This document shows, one piece after another, positions 12,916-25,499 of a stretch of 64,000 bases of DNA. The stretch covers positions 1,922,001 through 1,986,000 of the forward strand of contig NC_042998.1 of assembly GCF_006345805.1 (NCBI RefSeq). Reading direction: 5' to 3'. Each line of letters begins with the position of its first letter. Position 1 is the stretch's first letter. A program made the position numbers and the translations under genes. The stretch comes from Octopus sinensis (taxonomy: Eukaryota). The notes beneath the pieces are model-generated. The model was given only the letters and a program-made list of their open reading frames with translations. It was not told the DNA's origin and did no database searches.

Positions 12916-13146
12916 TCATGAAACTCTTAATATAAATATCTGTATATTCGTATGGAATAATAACTCATGTGCTACATCTGAATTTTCTTGTCTGAATGTT
13001 TTAAGACAAATATCCGAAATTTTTATCGTATACCACATTTTATTAATACTTAGCTCATATACGGAGACAAAAATGTTGTACTATATACTGCAGGTTATCT
13101 CCATTAAAATTCTCGTATTATGTACATTATATATATATAATATATA

Positions 13147-13874
13147 CACTGGCAAAAATAAATTTAAGACCGATGATAAAAGTTCTATTTCTTACAAAAT
13201 ATTCTGTTACTAGTCCTTTGCCGATCTTTATATTGACCAGTCTCCGAGTATATATTCCACGCTTGCACGCAAGCCGGTTTACTGCACTTTAGTTGCTTGC
13301 TGATGTTCGAAAAGGAAACTTTTTTGCTGTAAAATACGATTTTTGCTCTCGTGACTGGACTAAGGCTACATTGTTTTCCCATTATTAATAAATTGTATAA
13401 TAACATTAAATTATAACTTTATATGGTGCATTTAGGCTTGTTGTGTGACCACCCATTTTGGCCAAAAAAATTGCATACATATTACATGGTATTAAACTAA
13501 TTTTGCCGGTAAATTTGAAACGTTTATATTACGTTCTGAGTTCAAATTCCGCCGAGGTCGACTTTGCCTTTCATCCTTTCGGGGTCGATAAATTAAGTAC
13601 CAGTTACGCACTGGGGTCGATGTAATCGACTTAATCCGTTTGTCTGTCCTTGTTTGTCCCCTCTATGTTTAGCCCCTTGTGGGCAGTAAAGAAATATATA
13701 TTAATTTAGCATTAGAATTCTTCAAGTTGTATAAAAATTGTTTGCATCATTCGAAAGAGAAATAAATTTTGCATAAGATGTAAAAGATATAAATAATTTG
13801 TATGGTGTTAGTAACAAAATATTTTGTAAGAAATAAAACTTTTATCGTCGGTCTTAAATATATTTTTGCCAGTG
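13147..13874 (-). mobile_element. Internally deleted Tc1-like element with ~65-bp TIRs
   Basis: TA|CACTGGCAAAAAT..GACCGATGATAAAAG / CTTTTATCGTCGGTC..ATTTTTGCCAGTG|TA. Retains the HTH N-terminus MGKQCSLSPVTRAKIV..ETGQYKDRQR. Contains a nested SINE. Confidence 0.88.
13524..13698 (+). mobile_element. SINE family A (nested in the Tc1 element)
   Basis: GTTCTGAGTTCAAATTCCGCCGAGGTCGACTTTGCCTTTCATCCTTTCGGGGTCGATAAATTAAGTACC..AAAGAAATA. Other copies at ~40697-40930 (+), 61424-61650 (+), 61660-61812 (+), 22392-22600 (-), and degenerate at ~8800, 17650, 18950, 21300, 26800, 60450. Confidence 0.85.
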
Positions 13875-13882
13875 TATATATC

Positions 13883-16455
13883 TCAGGTCATCCCATAAGT
13901 TCTGTCCGAATTTTGGATAAAGAATCCAAGTGATCAAATGTTATATTTAATTCAATGTACTTTCCCTGATTATCTATGACTTACTTCCATCGATTTACAA
14001 GCTTTTTAATCCCATCAATGTAAAACTCTTTTGGTTTCAAAGCGAAGAACTCTGAAATGTCAGGTTCGACCTCCTCCTGGCTTGCGAAAGTTGTGTCCCC
14101 CAAATAATTCTGTAAACTATGATACAAATGGTAGTCTGAAGGAACATGGTCGGGAGAATAAGGTGGATGAAGAAATTTTTCCCTATCGACCTCTTCGATC
14201 TTCTGTGATGTGATCTTTGCAGTGTGGGGTTGCGCATTGTCCTGATGAAACATCACTCGTTTTCGACTCACTAAAGAGGCTCTTTTTTCCTTCAAACCTT
14301 GGTTCAAACGCTCTAATTGCTGACAGTAGACTTGAGCATTGATTGTTGCATTAGGTGGTAACAATATAAAGTGAATTACACCTTTGCAATCGCACCAGAT
14401 AGAGAGAAGAACCTTTTTCCCATGAAGTTCCCTTCTCGGTTGTGGTTGAGCATTTTCCCTTTTACCAAGCCACTGTTTACGACGTTTAACATTTCGATAG
14501 AAAATCCATTTTTCATCACAAGTCTATCGAAAAAGGATGGAATGAGTTTGCGAGAATGGAGAGAAGAGCAGATGCCAACTCGGGATTTGCGGTTGCTTTC
14601 GGACAATACATAAGGAACCTATTTTCCAAGTTTAGGAATCTTTCCACGTTGTTGAAGATGACGATGAACTGTTGTATGGTTTGAACTAAGCATTATTGCC
14701 AATTCTTCAACTGGTAATGACGGATTTTCTTCAAGTAATGCCTCAAGGAGCTTGTCAAACTCAACTGGACATCCTGTTCGATATTCATCTTCAATTTTGC
14801 AGACGATCTCCTGCAAGTTCTTTCATTCAAGCACTTTCCCATAAACTGAGTGTATGTTTCAAGTCACTTCGGCTGCAGAGTTACCTTTATTGTACTCATA
14901 AAGAATTATATGTGCCTTAAATGCTCCTTGGATACTTCCATGTTGAAAGGGTTTTAATCAAAGCAATTTTAGGATGTCCACGAAGTCTGGGTTTATGGAA
15001 TAAAATCATAACATAAACAAATAAATATAAGAAATAATAATTTTCATTTTTTATTTTTGTTTAAATTAAATTTTTTTTAAAATACTTTACTTTTCTAAAT
15101 TTGTTATTTTTTCCACAGATGATCGAATGATGGCTCTGTCTAAAGAAGAAAGAATCCCAGATCGAATGATGAATCTGTCTAAAGAAGAAAGAATCGAGTT
15201 AGTATTATTAGGTGGACGAGGGGGATGGTCTTATCGCAAAATGGCGGAAGAATTTAATCTTCGACACCCTTGTAGGCAACCTATTTATTTTACTGCCGTC
15301 AGGAAATTGATCAAGAAATTTAAAGATACAGGCAGTGTTTTGGATAAACCCCGTTCCGGGCGACCAAAGTCTTCAGATGAAACTAAAGAGGCTGTCGAGG
15401 CTAAAGTTTCTGCTAGCCCAAAGAAATCACTTCGTCGGACATCCACGGTGTTAGGTGTTCCAAAACCAACCATCCACAAAATGCTGGTTGAGGAAAAGTT
15501 TCATCGATACAACCTACAGATATTGCATTACTTAAATGAAGACGATCCTGATAGACGAATGTAGACGTGCGAATGGTTTTCAGATAAATTGGATGAAAAT
15601 ATCAATTTTACGAAAAACTTTGTGTTGTTCAGTGACAAAGCTACGTTTTATGTAAATGGTGAGGTCAACAGACAGAATCTTCTATACTGGTCTCGAGATA
15701 ATCCACATTGGATGGATCTATCAAAACAGCAAGGCAGCAAAAAGGTGATGGTGTGGTGTGGTTTTTGGAAAGCTCATGTTCTAGGACCCTTCTTCATTGA
15801 ACGTGTAACGGATGAGACTTATGCAAATATATTGAGAGACAAATTAATATCTTAAATTGAGTGCCTAGGCGAGGGCCTTCCGAATTGGTTTCAGCAGGAT
15901 GGGGCCCCTACCCATTTTGCCACAACTGTTAGAAATTGGCTTAATGACACTTTTCCTCAATAGATTGGAAGAAGGGGTCATATGGAATGGTCCCCTCATT
16001 CACCAGACCTTTCTCCCCTTGATTTCTTTTTCTGGGGTATGTTGAAAGAGAAAGTTTACTCAATAAAGATTACAGATTTAAAACACATGAGAGAACGCAT
16101 TACCAGTCAGTGTGCTGAAATTGATGGCAATGTAGACTTATTTAATCAAGTTCACCTGAATGTTGCAAGGCTCATCAAGTTATGCATTGAAAATGATGGA
16201 AATCACTTTGAAAATATTATTTATTAACATTATTAAATAAAATTGTTTTGTTTTAAAAGTATGTGTTAATCCCCATGTACGCAGACTTTGTGGACACCGT
16301 CTATTATTTTGTAAAACAATATTTAATTAGTTTAAACGTACACAAATGCATAAAAATAATTTTTAACTGAATTAGACATTTGTAAATACTATTAAATTTC
16401 ATTCAAATCTTAAAAAAAAAAGGTAAAATTGGACAGAACTGACTGGATGACTTGC
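13883..16455 (-). mobile_element. Full-length decayed mariner (DD34D type) interrupted by a nested rosa-like element
   Basis: Left TIR TCAGGTCATCCCATAAGTTCTGTCCGAATTTT pairs with AAAATTGGACAGAACTGACTGGATGACTTGC (16425-16455). ATG at 14941 (MEVSKEHLRHI). Motifs FHQDNAQPH and HPPYSPDHVPSDYHL, with stops and frameshifts. About 1.24 kb once the insert is removed. Confidence 0.9.
14970..16301 (+). mobile_element. Tc1/mariner rosa-like (DD40/41D) transposon, pseudogenised
   Basis: TIRs ..GATGTCCACGAAGTCTG / CAGACTTTGTGGACACC... Transposase motifs KPRSGRPK, FSDKATFYVNGEVNRQN, KVMVWCG, QQDGAPTH..SPDLSPLDFFFWG. I count 40 residues between the 2nd and 3rd catalytic D. In-frame stops present. Confidence 0.9.
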
Positions 16456-17289
16456 TATATATAATCTATGATATTCTAGTAGGTTTCAAGTTTATAACAC
16501 CTTGATATCTCATGTTATCTCATTTTATATGCCTAAGACGTTTATTTTATATTCTGGTTTTTATATATTTCTATACATTATATTTGTATCTATAATTTAT
16601 TTTAAGCCGAAACATAAGACGATCCTTGTACGAACCAAAGAACAAGAAAGTCATCAGGAACTTTTATCTTCCACCGATGTTTGTAATTGATGGTGACATG
16701 TGCGAGGATTTTGCGATTATCTCATATTTTTCAGAGAAATTGGAAGCCCCGAATGTAAGCCACCACTTTATGCATAATTCAATATTTATAGTTCTCTATT
16801 TCTAATAGAAATTCTGTCCTCAATATTTATAGATCTCTATTTCTAAATGTAATTCTCTTTCTTCTCGTTCAGTTTATAACTATAACACGCATTCTTGTCT
16901 GTCTCTTGACAAAGCTTTCTTTCTCCAGCGTTCACCACTTCACCTCGTTAGGGTTAAACAGCGCTTACCGAAGGTTTTCACTGTCCTGTTTTTGTTAGCA
17001 GCTTTGACGTTCCACGTATCTCAAATTTTATTTTAATTTGCTTTGGGGGAGCAATTGCTTTGACGAAGACGCATCTTGTTGCAATGTGGAGGAGGTAAAA
17101 CTGCCAACAACTGAGGAAGGGTTGTTTTTTTTATGCTGCCTTCGCGCTATAGTTCTCTATATATATAATTAAAATTCTTTCTTTCCTCTCCTTCAGAAGC
17201 CAAGCCAAGCCTTTTATGATAGTGACAGCAATGGCATAGCGTCGACTGTGGGCGTGTGGCTGAGTACAGTTTGCCTCAATGCCGCCTAG

Positions 17290-17406
17290 GGCAAGCTCAT
17301 GACACTCCTTAGACCCTAAGTAAGGCATGTGTAAAATTTGAACGAAATTGGTTGTGTAGTTCTCAAGTTTTAGGGAAACACACAGACAGACAGACACACA
17401 TTCTCA

Positions 17407-17447
<41 letters not shown>
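17290..17447 (-). mobile_element. Helitron-like 5' fragment ending in (TA)n
   Basis: Reverse complement resembles the 5' region of the Helitron at 23220 (TGTGTGTCTGTCTGTCTG..CCAATTTCGTTCAAATTTTACAC). Confidence 0.45.
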
Positions 17448-17450
<3 letters not shown>

Positions 17451-18450
17451 GACCTGGGCAGGATTTGGGTGAGGAAAGATTAATTGATCCCTATGCGTAC
17501 AAGTTTACCCTCTCTACGGTATTAATATTTACGCATAGAGAAGGCCACCGATTTGAGCCGACAGCTTGGCAGCAGCGTTGTCCAACTGTCAGAATACAAA
17601 GAACCGGAACAGATACAGCAAGGCAACTTACCCCACCTTTTAGCTGTTCCGCCAATTCACTGCCTTAAATTGGAACTTATTTATCGACCTCGAAAGAAAT
17701 ATTGACGTTGGTAGGATTGAAACTCGGGTTGCAGAGTGTCGTAACAAAATACGCAAGGTACTCTATCCAACATTCTAACAGTTCTACCAATTCGCTGCCA
17801 ATTTTTTTTCTTTCAATGTTTAAGGAAATAAGTCAGTCTCGGGAAAACTGCAGACCGCGGGATTTTCTGAATGGCACACCAACGAAAAATTATTTTGAAT
17901 TTTTTTAGTAATGCGGCCGCCTAATGATGAGCCACGACTCATGCGGCCCGCTTCTTGGAAAAAGTTGCCCATGCCAGAAACAAGTAATTGTCGATTCAAT
18001 AGATCATGCCACCCTCTTTAAATTTAAGAGTTTATGCCATCATATGAAATTATTTAAATTTGAATTAGCAGTCAATAGAGGAATGTTTTGCTTGATTAGG
18101 AAAAATTCCTTTTCTATTAACCGCATTTCGTTCGAGATGCTAAATAAACTGTAGGTTAATACAGTAAAAAAGATTGCTCACACTATATATTTTGTGTTTT
18201 ATTGACCGTCACATATCGATCAGTATATTTTCCGACTGTTCTTAGGTACCATATTTAAGCATATATACAGGATAGATGTGTTTGTAAGAACCAGTAAGAA
18301 CCCTTGAAATCATAATAGCTAAAATAAATGCTCAAGTACTGAAATCCGATCTAAGAAAAATGTCTGTAGATTGAAATGTAATAATTGAAGTCCAACTGAC
18401 CAACGCAAGCCAAAACGATGATGGCTGATGAATTACCAGAAAGTTTAGTC

Positions 18451-18716
18451 CAGTGTTTCTCAACCATTTTTTGCTTGTGGACAACTTTGATTCCTGCTTT
18501 ACTCTGATTCCAGATCAGAAGGCTGCGTGTTCGAATCACGAGGGGGTTACCATTCGGTGTTTTAAAAAAATCATATCATATTTTTATAACTAAATGCTAC
18601 TTAGAATTGTATTTAAAAATAATTAAAATATTCTGCGTAATGTAGAAATATAACTAATTTATTGCACATAGATTTTAACAGCAAAATTTTATGTAGACCC
18701 CGGTTGAGAATTACTG
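18451..18716. mobile_element. hAT-type MITE
   Basis: TIRs CAGTGTTTCTCAACC / GGTTGAGAATTACTG. 8-bp TSD GTTTAGTC / GTTTAGAC (7 of 8 match). Confidence 0.88.
18503..18552 (+). pseudogene. 5'-truncated tRNA-Trp(CCA) fragment ending in CCA
   Basis: TCTGATTCCAGATCAGAAGGCTGCGTGTTCGAATCACGAGGGGGTTACCA matches the anticodon arm, T arm and acceptor 3' strand of metazoan tRNA-Trp as I recall it. D arm and 5' acceptor strand are absent. Confidence 0.85.
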
Positions 18717-20639
18717 GTTTAGACAGTTTAAATCAAATCAGATGTCTTGGCACTGCACTATCCAAGACATCTGAATTCCGCAAATTGAATGAAACTGGAC
18801 AGAAATTGGTATTATAAGTAAGTTGTAACTTATGGTATCAATTGTGCCAAAGCAACAATTCTAGCGTTGACAGGAGGCCTTAAATTTGGAGTAAATGTGT
18901 AATCTATAACATATGTGTTTGAATGGTACCTTATTTCATCGATATCTGAAGAATAAAAGGAAAAGCTGACCTAGATAGGATTTGAACTCAGAGGCAACTA
19001 AACATAGTAACATATTTTGAGCGATGTTCTATCATTTCTTCCAATTCATGACTAAATGTTGTTGCTGTAATTGATATTGTTATAGTTGTTACTGCTGTTA
19101 ATATTGTTGTCGTTGTAGATCATTTCAGTCCAGCTGTATTATCGATTAGATTTATGGTCAAAACAATTCCACACGTAACCACTACATCATATTCTTTTTT
19201 TCAGATATACTGTCTCTAGGTTAACGATATTCTATGTACCTATTTATTCTCAGAACAGCATAATGTGATTCGAGGGAAATTTGATTGCTATTTCTAGCAT
19301 ATTTGAGTAACCTCATAGAACAGTCATGGGTAACCAGCAGTTCGTGAGACTTTCTGAATGGCACGCCAAAACGAAAAAAATTACTTGAATTTTTTTTTTA
19401 TATATCAGAGCGACTCTTGATGACAAGCCGTGTCTCCTGCGACCCCCTTCTCTACCGTAGAAGCTTTCTCATTGGCTTGTTCCTGCACTGTATAGTTAAT
19501 TGGTTGATTTTCATAATTAAGTTCAAATTTTACCAAGGCGCTGAAATAATCAACATATCCATCCTCCCTCCAATTCCTATATTAATCAGCGCTTACCATG
19601 TGACATTACTCAATGATTCATGAAAATATTGCTCGATAAATTGCTACGCTTCAGTTGCTAAGATAGCAATAATTTATTTTCTGTAACAATAAAATCCAAT
19701 GACATTTTATTTTTTGCGTGTGAAAGGACATAGACAAATGAATAAAATAGTGTATTAACGGTCCATATTTTATCGACCACTAGTGGCATAAAAGATAAAT
19801 TGGTCGAAACTGTTTTGATATAAGATATTAGAGGAGGGTGCAAATAAAACGACTTTGATTTTATTACTTTCTTCATAAAAAATGAAATGAATTCAATACA
19901 TCGGAAAAACATTGTCTCTTTCGTTGAGGTGGTGAAATCACTTGCGTGTCTCAACGACTTTCAGCTTTGTCATCTATCATCTTGCTATGAACTGGATACA
20001 TCATCACCGATGTTATCTTGGGTCATTGAGTGTTTTGAGTCATTCAGAGATAGTTGTTGAGGCGACTCAGTCGAGCTTAATTATGTCCCGGCTTGTGTCT
20101 AGGTAGCGCTTCAATGGCTCGCATTTCTTGATTTCCGGTTCTACTTCCTCCAACACGTAGAAACGCTCTACCCCCACCTCACCCCTCACCTTCTCTATCT
20201 GTCCTTAACAAACATCGGAATGGTTTCCGTTGAGCCAGATCTACTGACCATACGCTCTTGAGTCACTTGCCAGTAGTCCATCACTTTGAAGAAGTTTGTC
20301 GAAAACAATGTTGATCCCCACATCATCAAAGCCTTTAGCCGTATCTAGCATGCCACTCTCCCAATGAGCTCATCCTGTCTCTCATCTCTTGAGCCAGTAA
20401 CTCCCTATCAAACACGGATTGTGTTGATAGGGCTGTGTGGACCGTGCGATGTGAGGTGGCGAGAATAGCTCTTTAGTACCACATCGCATGGCCGATACAA
20501 TAGAGAGGAATTGAATGGTACAAATGAATGCCAGATGGAAAGAGAGACACAACCGCGTAAGAATGATTGAGAGAACATTTATTGATATGTTAACATGCGT
20601 GTCTGTGCGTGCGTCATGTATACAGAATAATAGACAGGC

Positions 20640-21235
20640 CGTCATGAGAACAAAATGTGTGTGTATAGGCATAGATGTATGCGCATGTTAAGTACATATA
20701 ACGATGGTAATGAAGAAGAAACAGTGAAAAAGTCTATAGCCATCGAAGTGAGGAGTAAGTTCATTGAAATAAGAAAGATAAGAATACCAATTCGTAGTCA
20801 ATACTACACGGTAGTTGAAATACTGTATCAGGAAGTCGCGGCCATGATGCTTAGCCGGTTACAGGTACATGATGTCGTGGCTGTGATGCAGCTGCCTGGG
20901 TCTCTTGTACAAGAATTCATACAGGTTGTATATTCGTTGTTGATCCGCAGTGAAGTAATTCACGAACAGTGAAATGCTAAAACCTGGGTGGATTGCCCTG
21001 CTGAGCTGTGTACGAAGAGAGATGATGGTGACGAAGACAGAGGTTGCCGTAATGCTGATGAACGAAGTTGGTAAGTCTCAACGTATGGTGGTGTTTGGCT
21101 GGCGCTGTCGCTGGAACTGACAGTGTCTTGTGGTCAGTGGCTTGACCTTAAGGACTTTCAAGGATTGTAGAAATTCAACTAAAATAGTTACAATCGTGAG
21201 TTGAAATTAGACTGTAGAATCCTAAAACAAACAAA
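20640..21235 (-). repeat. Dispersed repeat, LTR-like candidate (copy 1)
   Basis: Reverse complement aligns along its length with 25650-26220. AATAAA follows on the minus strand at ~20580. Confidence 0.7.
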
Positions 21236-21957
21236 AGATTAATCTTTGATTTAGGAACAAGACCACAGCTTTTGTGGGAAAAAGGGCTATAGTTGAGCAA
21301 ATCAACCCCATTACTCTCCCAGTGCTTCAATCTATCGACCTCGCAACGCAAAATTGACCTCAGCGAGATTTGAACTCAGATCATAACAATCGTCGGTATT
21401 TCACATTCGTACAAGGCCAAAGGCATAAGACTTTCTGAAAATTGATTTGTAGCAGTGATTCGATATCTTACCGCTTGATATTTGGTCAGACACCACGAAT
21501 GAACCACTTTAGTTTCATCTGATCAATCCATAAATCGACCAATCAGTGTGAGGCTGTGGCGTGATATGGTTTTCTCGATTATTTTAGAATAAAACCACTT
21601 GTCCCCAATAAAAACCGTTTTTGATGTTTTTCTAATCGCTGAATGTTGAAGGTAGTTAAGTATTTCTCGTACCTCCACTCCTGCCCGCTAAGCAGCCAAC
21701 GAACCTTGCCACGGAGATTTGTGCAGTTGACTTCGTATATTTTTAGACTGACCGCATGTTGTTACACGGGTAGGTTTCTATCGCCAGCACCAAATATCGT
21801 TGTGTCCAGCAATAAATATTTCAATTAAATGTACGCAAGTTTGCTTCAGTCATTATTCATGCAACCAACGAAATATATCTTCATTGACCAGCTCAATATG
21901 GGTGACGGTGAGCAACGAGCAACAGATTCCTTTTTTTTTTATTTTATATAGTTATGC

Positions 21958-22371
21958 ACTCTTTACTCTTTTACTCTTTTACTTGTTTCAGTCATTTGAC
22001 TGCGGCCATGCTGGAGCACGGCCTTTAGTCGAGCAACTCGACCCCGGGACTTATTCTGTTGTAAGCCCAGTACTTATTCCATCGATCACTTTTGCTGAAC
22101 CGCTAAGTAACGGGGACATAAACACACCAGCATCGGTTGTCAAGCAATGCTAGGGGGACAAACACAGACACACACACACACACACACGCATACATATATA
22201 CATATATACGACAGGCTTCTTTCAGTTTCCGCCTACCAAATCCACTCACAAGGCTTTGGTCGGCCCGAGGCTATAGTAGAAGACACTTGCCCAAGATGCC
22301 ACGCAGGGGGACTGAACCCAGAACCATGTGGCTGGTAAACAAGCTACTTACCACACAGCCACTCCTGCGCC
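21958..22371 (-). mobile_element. SINE family B, full length
   Basis: Head GCGCAGGAGTGGCTGTGTGGTAAGTAGC, B-box-like GGGTTCAGTCCC, internal TA/TG microsatellite and (GAGTAAA)n-like tail. Many copies in the window. Confidence 0.9.
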
Positions 22372-22759
22372 ATGCACTATGCATAAAAGTTCAATGGTTT
22401 TAAATTTTGGCACAAAGTCAGCAATTTCGGACGGGCGGACAAGTCGATCGATCCCAATAATCAAATGGTACTTATTTTATCGACTTCGAAACAATGAAAG
22501 GCGAAGTCGACCTCGACAGAATTTTAATTCAGAACGTGAAAATGGATGAAATGACGCAATACATATTCTCCCGGCGAGCGAGCGATTGTGCCAGCTTGCC
22601 GCCTTTTTATAAGAGGAAATTAAGATACTGCTATGCACATGCTTTACCTATGAACAATAGTGATGTATGCGGCGTGAAATACACTCTGTCATGGAATATC
22701 ATGAAAAGTAAATTTTTAAAAATTGAAAAAACAGTCGTTGGCTGGATACGTATTTCATA

Positions 22760-23050
22760 TCCAACCAACGACTCTACTCTGATGCGTCTTGATACTCGTA
22801 TGATTAGGGAGTTCCACCTCAGACTGTTTGGCCATATTGCTCAAATTTTCGAGATAGATCCTGAAGATCTGCCTGGGTTGACGGCTCTTATTAGTCGATT
22901 GGTCACGGGAGACGAGGAGGTGTCTCATGGAGATGAGGACTGACTAGGACACTACTCGACGGGTCGTCCGGGAGGACCGGGGATATACCGAACAACAAAT
23001 AGTGAATGCAGCAACCTGCTGCAACGGTACCTGCCCCCACATCTGACCTG
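22760..23050 (+). mobile_element. Short RTE-like LINE 3' fragment
   Basis: Translation IREFHLRLFGHIAQ..DP followed by a GRP-type motif, typical of RTE C-termini. Confidence 0.55.
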
Positions 23051-23219
23051 AAAAAACAGCAAATCGTTGAAAAGAATGACGCTTTACAAAATTAACTAAA
23101 CCTGTATTTCTATGGTGCCTTTCAACGACTGTACAAGTTCTAGTTTGTTATCAAAAAAGATTTGGTCCTGAGTCTGAATCCATTTTGGGGCTTTGAACCA
23201 GCATGATATTGGTGAACTA

Positions 23220-24668
23220 TCTCTCTCTATATAAACGGCAGTTTGTCTGTCTGTGTGTCTGTCAGGTTGTACCCTCACCCTGACTACGGCTTTCAACCGA
23301 TTCTGATGAAACTTGACACACACATAGCCCAATGTCATAATTCAAAACTAACGCAGCGAAAATTTTGAAAAGTTCCCCCAGTTCTGAAAAATAATCGATA
23401 AATTCGACATGGGGTTGAGAACCTAAGCTTTTTATATGCAACACATTTTGTGTTGTAGTTTTCGCAACTTGCAATCGATTTTCACCAAACTCATGGTGAA
23501 GCTTAATGTTACCCTAAGAAACTTAATTCTGACGTTAGTTTTCCATGCAATACCTTACCATCATAAAAAATCGATAAAATCATGCCATTTTGGGATATCG
23601 CGTTCAAATTCAAGATGACATATTTTCGACAATATCTTTCACAAATTGGCAGGAATTTTTTTTTTAATTCACAGCGAGTATCATGTCTGCTCCAAGGAGC
23701 TATATGACCCTTTTTATTCCAATAAGATACTTTATTACTGGAAAAAATCGGTTAATTAAATCATATGTGGCACACATAGCAAACCGATTTGTGTATTAAA
23801 CACAAACCACAGACTGTCTAGGTGACGCAACTAGACCTTTTTAACTCACTTTGCACCACTGTCGACACTCCTGCTAGCCTCCGGGACGCTGTCTTCCACG
23901 ACCTACAATACCATTTACGCGACCTAAAATGGCTGGCAGGCAGAGCTATTCTCGCACCCAAAAATACAACCGTCAACTCCATCAATATCCAGCTACTTGA
24001 AGCTATTCCTGGTGATGTCCACATCTACAAATCTATTGATAGGACAGCAGACCCCGCCGAGCTTGCCGATTATCCTGTTGAATTCCTGAATTCACTTGAA
24101 CCGCCAGGCCTGCCACCACACATCCTGAAGTTAAAAGTCGGTGCGCCCATTATGCTCATCAGGAATTTGGTTCCACCTAAACAGTGCAACGGCACACATC
24201 TGGTTGTGAAACATTTGGCACCACATTTAATAACGGCCACAATACTTACCGGTTGTGGGAAGGGAGAGGACGTCTTCATTCCACGCATGCACCTTCAACC
24301 GCGGGCGCTGACCTATCAATCCACTTCAGGCGTTCTCAGTTTCCTGTTAAACTCTGCTTCGCAATGTCCATCAATAAATCCCAAGGCCAAACGCTACAAG
24401 TCGCTGGGTTACATTTGGGCGAACAGTGCTTCGCCCACGGTCAACTCTACGTGGGCTGTTCACGCGTTGGGAGGCGTAATGATGTTTTCATGTTTTCGCC
24501 CAAAGGGACAGCTAGGAACATCGTATACACAGAAGTATTCGAGTGAAGAGAAGACATTGCAACCTACACATGCGCCTTCGTTCCCTAGAGGGAAAGGACT
24601 AGATTGGGATTAGTCGTTGCCTACTAGGGGCTCTTACATACCCGGGCAACGCCGGGCTATGCTGCTAG
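23220..24668 (+). mobile_element. Internally deleted Helitron retaining the PIF1-like helicase C-terminus
   Basis: A|TC 5' end; CCCGGGCAACGCCGGG hairpin + CTAG|T 3' end. ORFs give RAILAPKN, YPVEFLNSLEPPGLPPH.LKLKVGAPIMLIRNL, then after a frameshift QFPVKLCFAMSINKSQGQT and FAHGQLYVGCSRV. Confidence 0.93.
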
Positions 24669-25499
24669 TGTTTATATAAAAATAAAAACAAAATCCTATT
24701 TAGAACCAAGTTATTCTAAATTCACACCAAAATATGCCATAACGCATTCCACTGCATTATTTGGGTGTTAAATGACAGTTAGTTATTTTTTTTTTTCACG
24801 CAAAGAAGGTTATTCTTCCATTTCAAAAAGTAAAAGAATACAGATTTCTAATATAAGCACAATACCTCGTTGAAGTTGTTGTTGTTGTTGTTTTGCTGGG
24901 GTTTTTTTGTGAGGAGTGGCTATAGTCTAGTCCAGGAGTGGGCAACCTTTTCGAGAGTGTGTGCCAAAATTGGCAAAATCTCTCACACGAAATTCTTCCA
25001 CGTGCCAGCCAAATTTTTTTGAGAACATATTAGGCTACTTGATATCTCTTAAGAAAGTGTATGTTAAGAACTTTTTATTTTATAAATGATAAAAAAGAAA
25101 CCATCACAGAGTAGTAAAACACAGAATATAATGATGGAAAATGTATTTATTCACCTTCAAGGTTACATCTAAACAACAATGAACCTTCGACACTTTCAAA
25201 AGAAAACATCAGATAAAATATCAGTTCGGCAGAAAACTTGCAGACAACCTTTGCTACTTTCAAAAGAAAACATCGGTCAGATGAAGTATCAGCTTGGCAG
25301 AAAACTTGCTGACTCCTTTCGATATACATGTGTATACAATATTCACAGTGGGACTTCTGCTGCTGTATCACTGATGATAGCCATTTTATATCGGGTTTAT
25401 AGTTCGTAACTTTCAGAGATATGCATGCACTACTAGTTTCATCCGTCAGGTTACATCTGTAACCTACACTCTATCAGTGAAATTTGTCTCCCCTTCATT

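Noticed and set aside
19950-20400. Possible decayed CR1/L2 RT on minus (DTAKGFDDV)
   Set aside because: Single motif with many stops; could not extend it.
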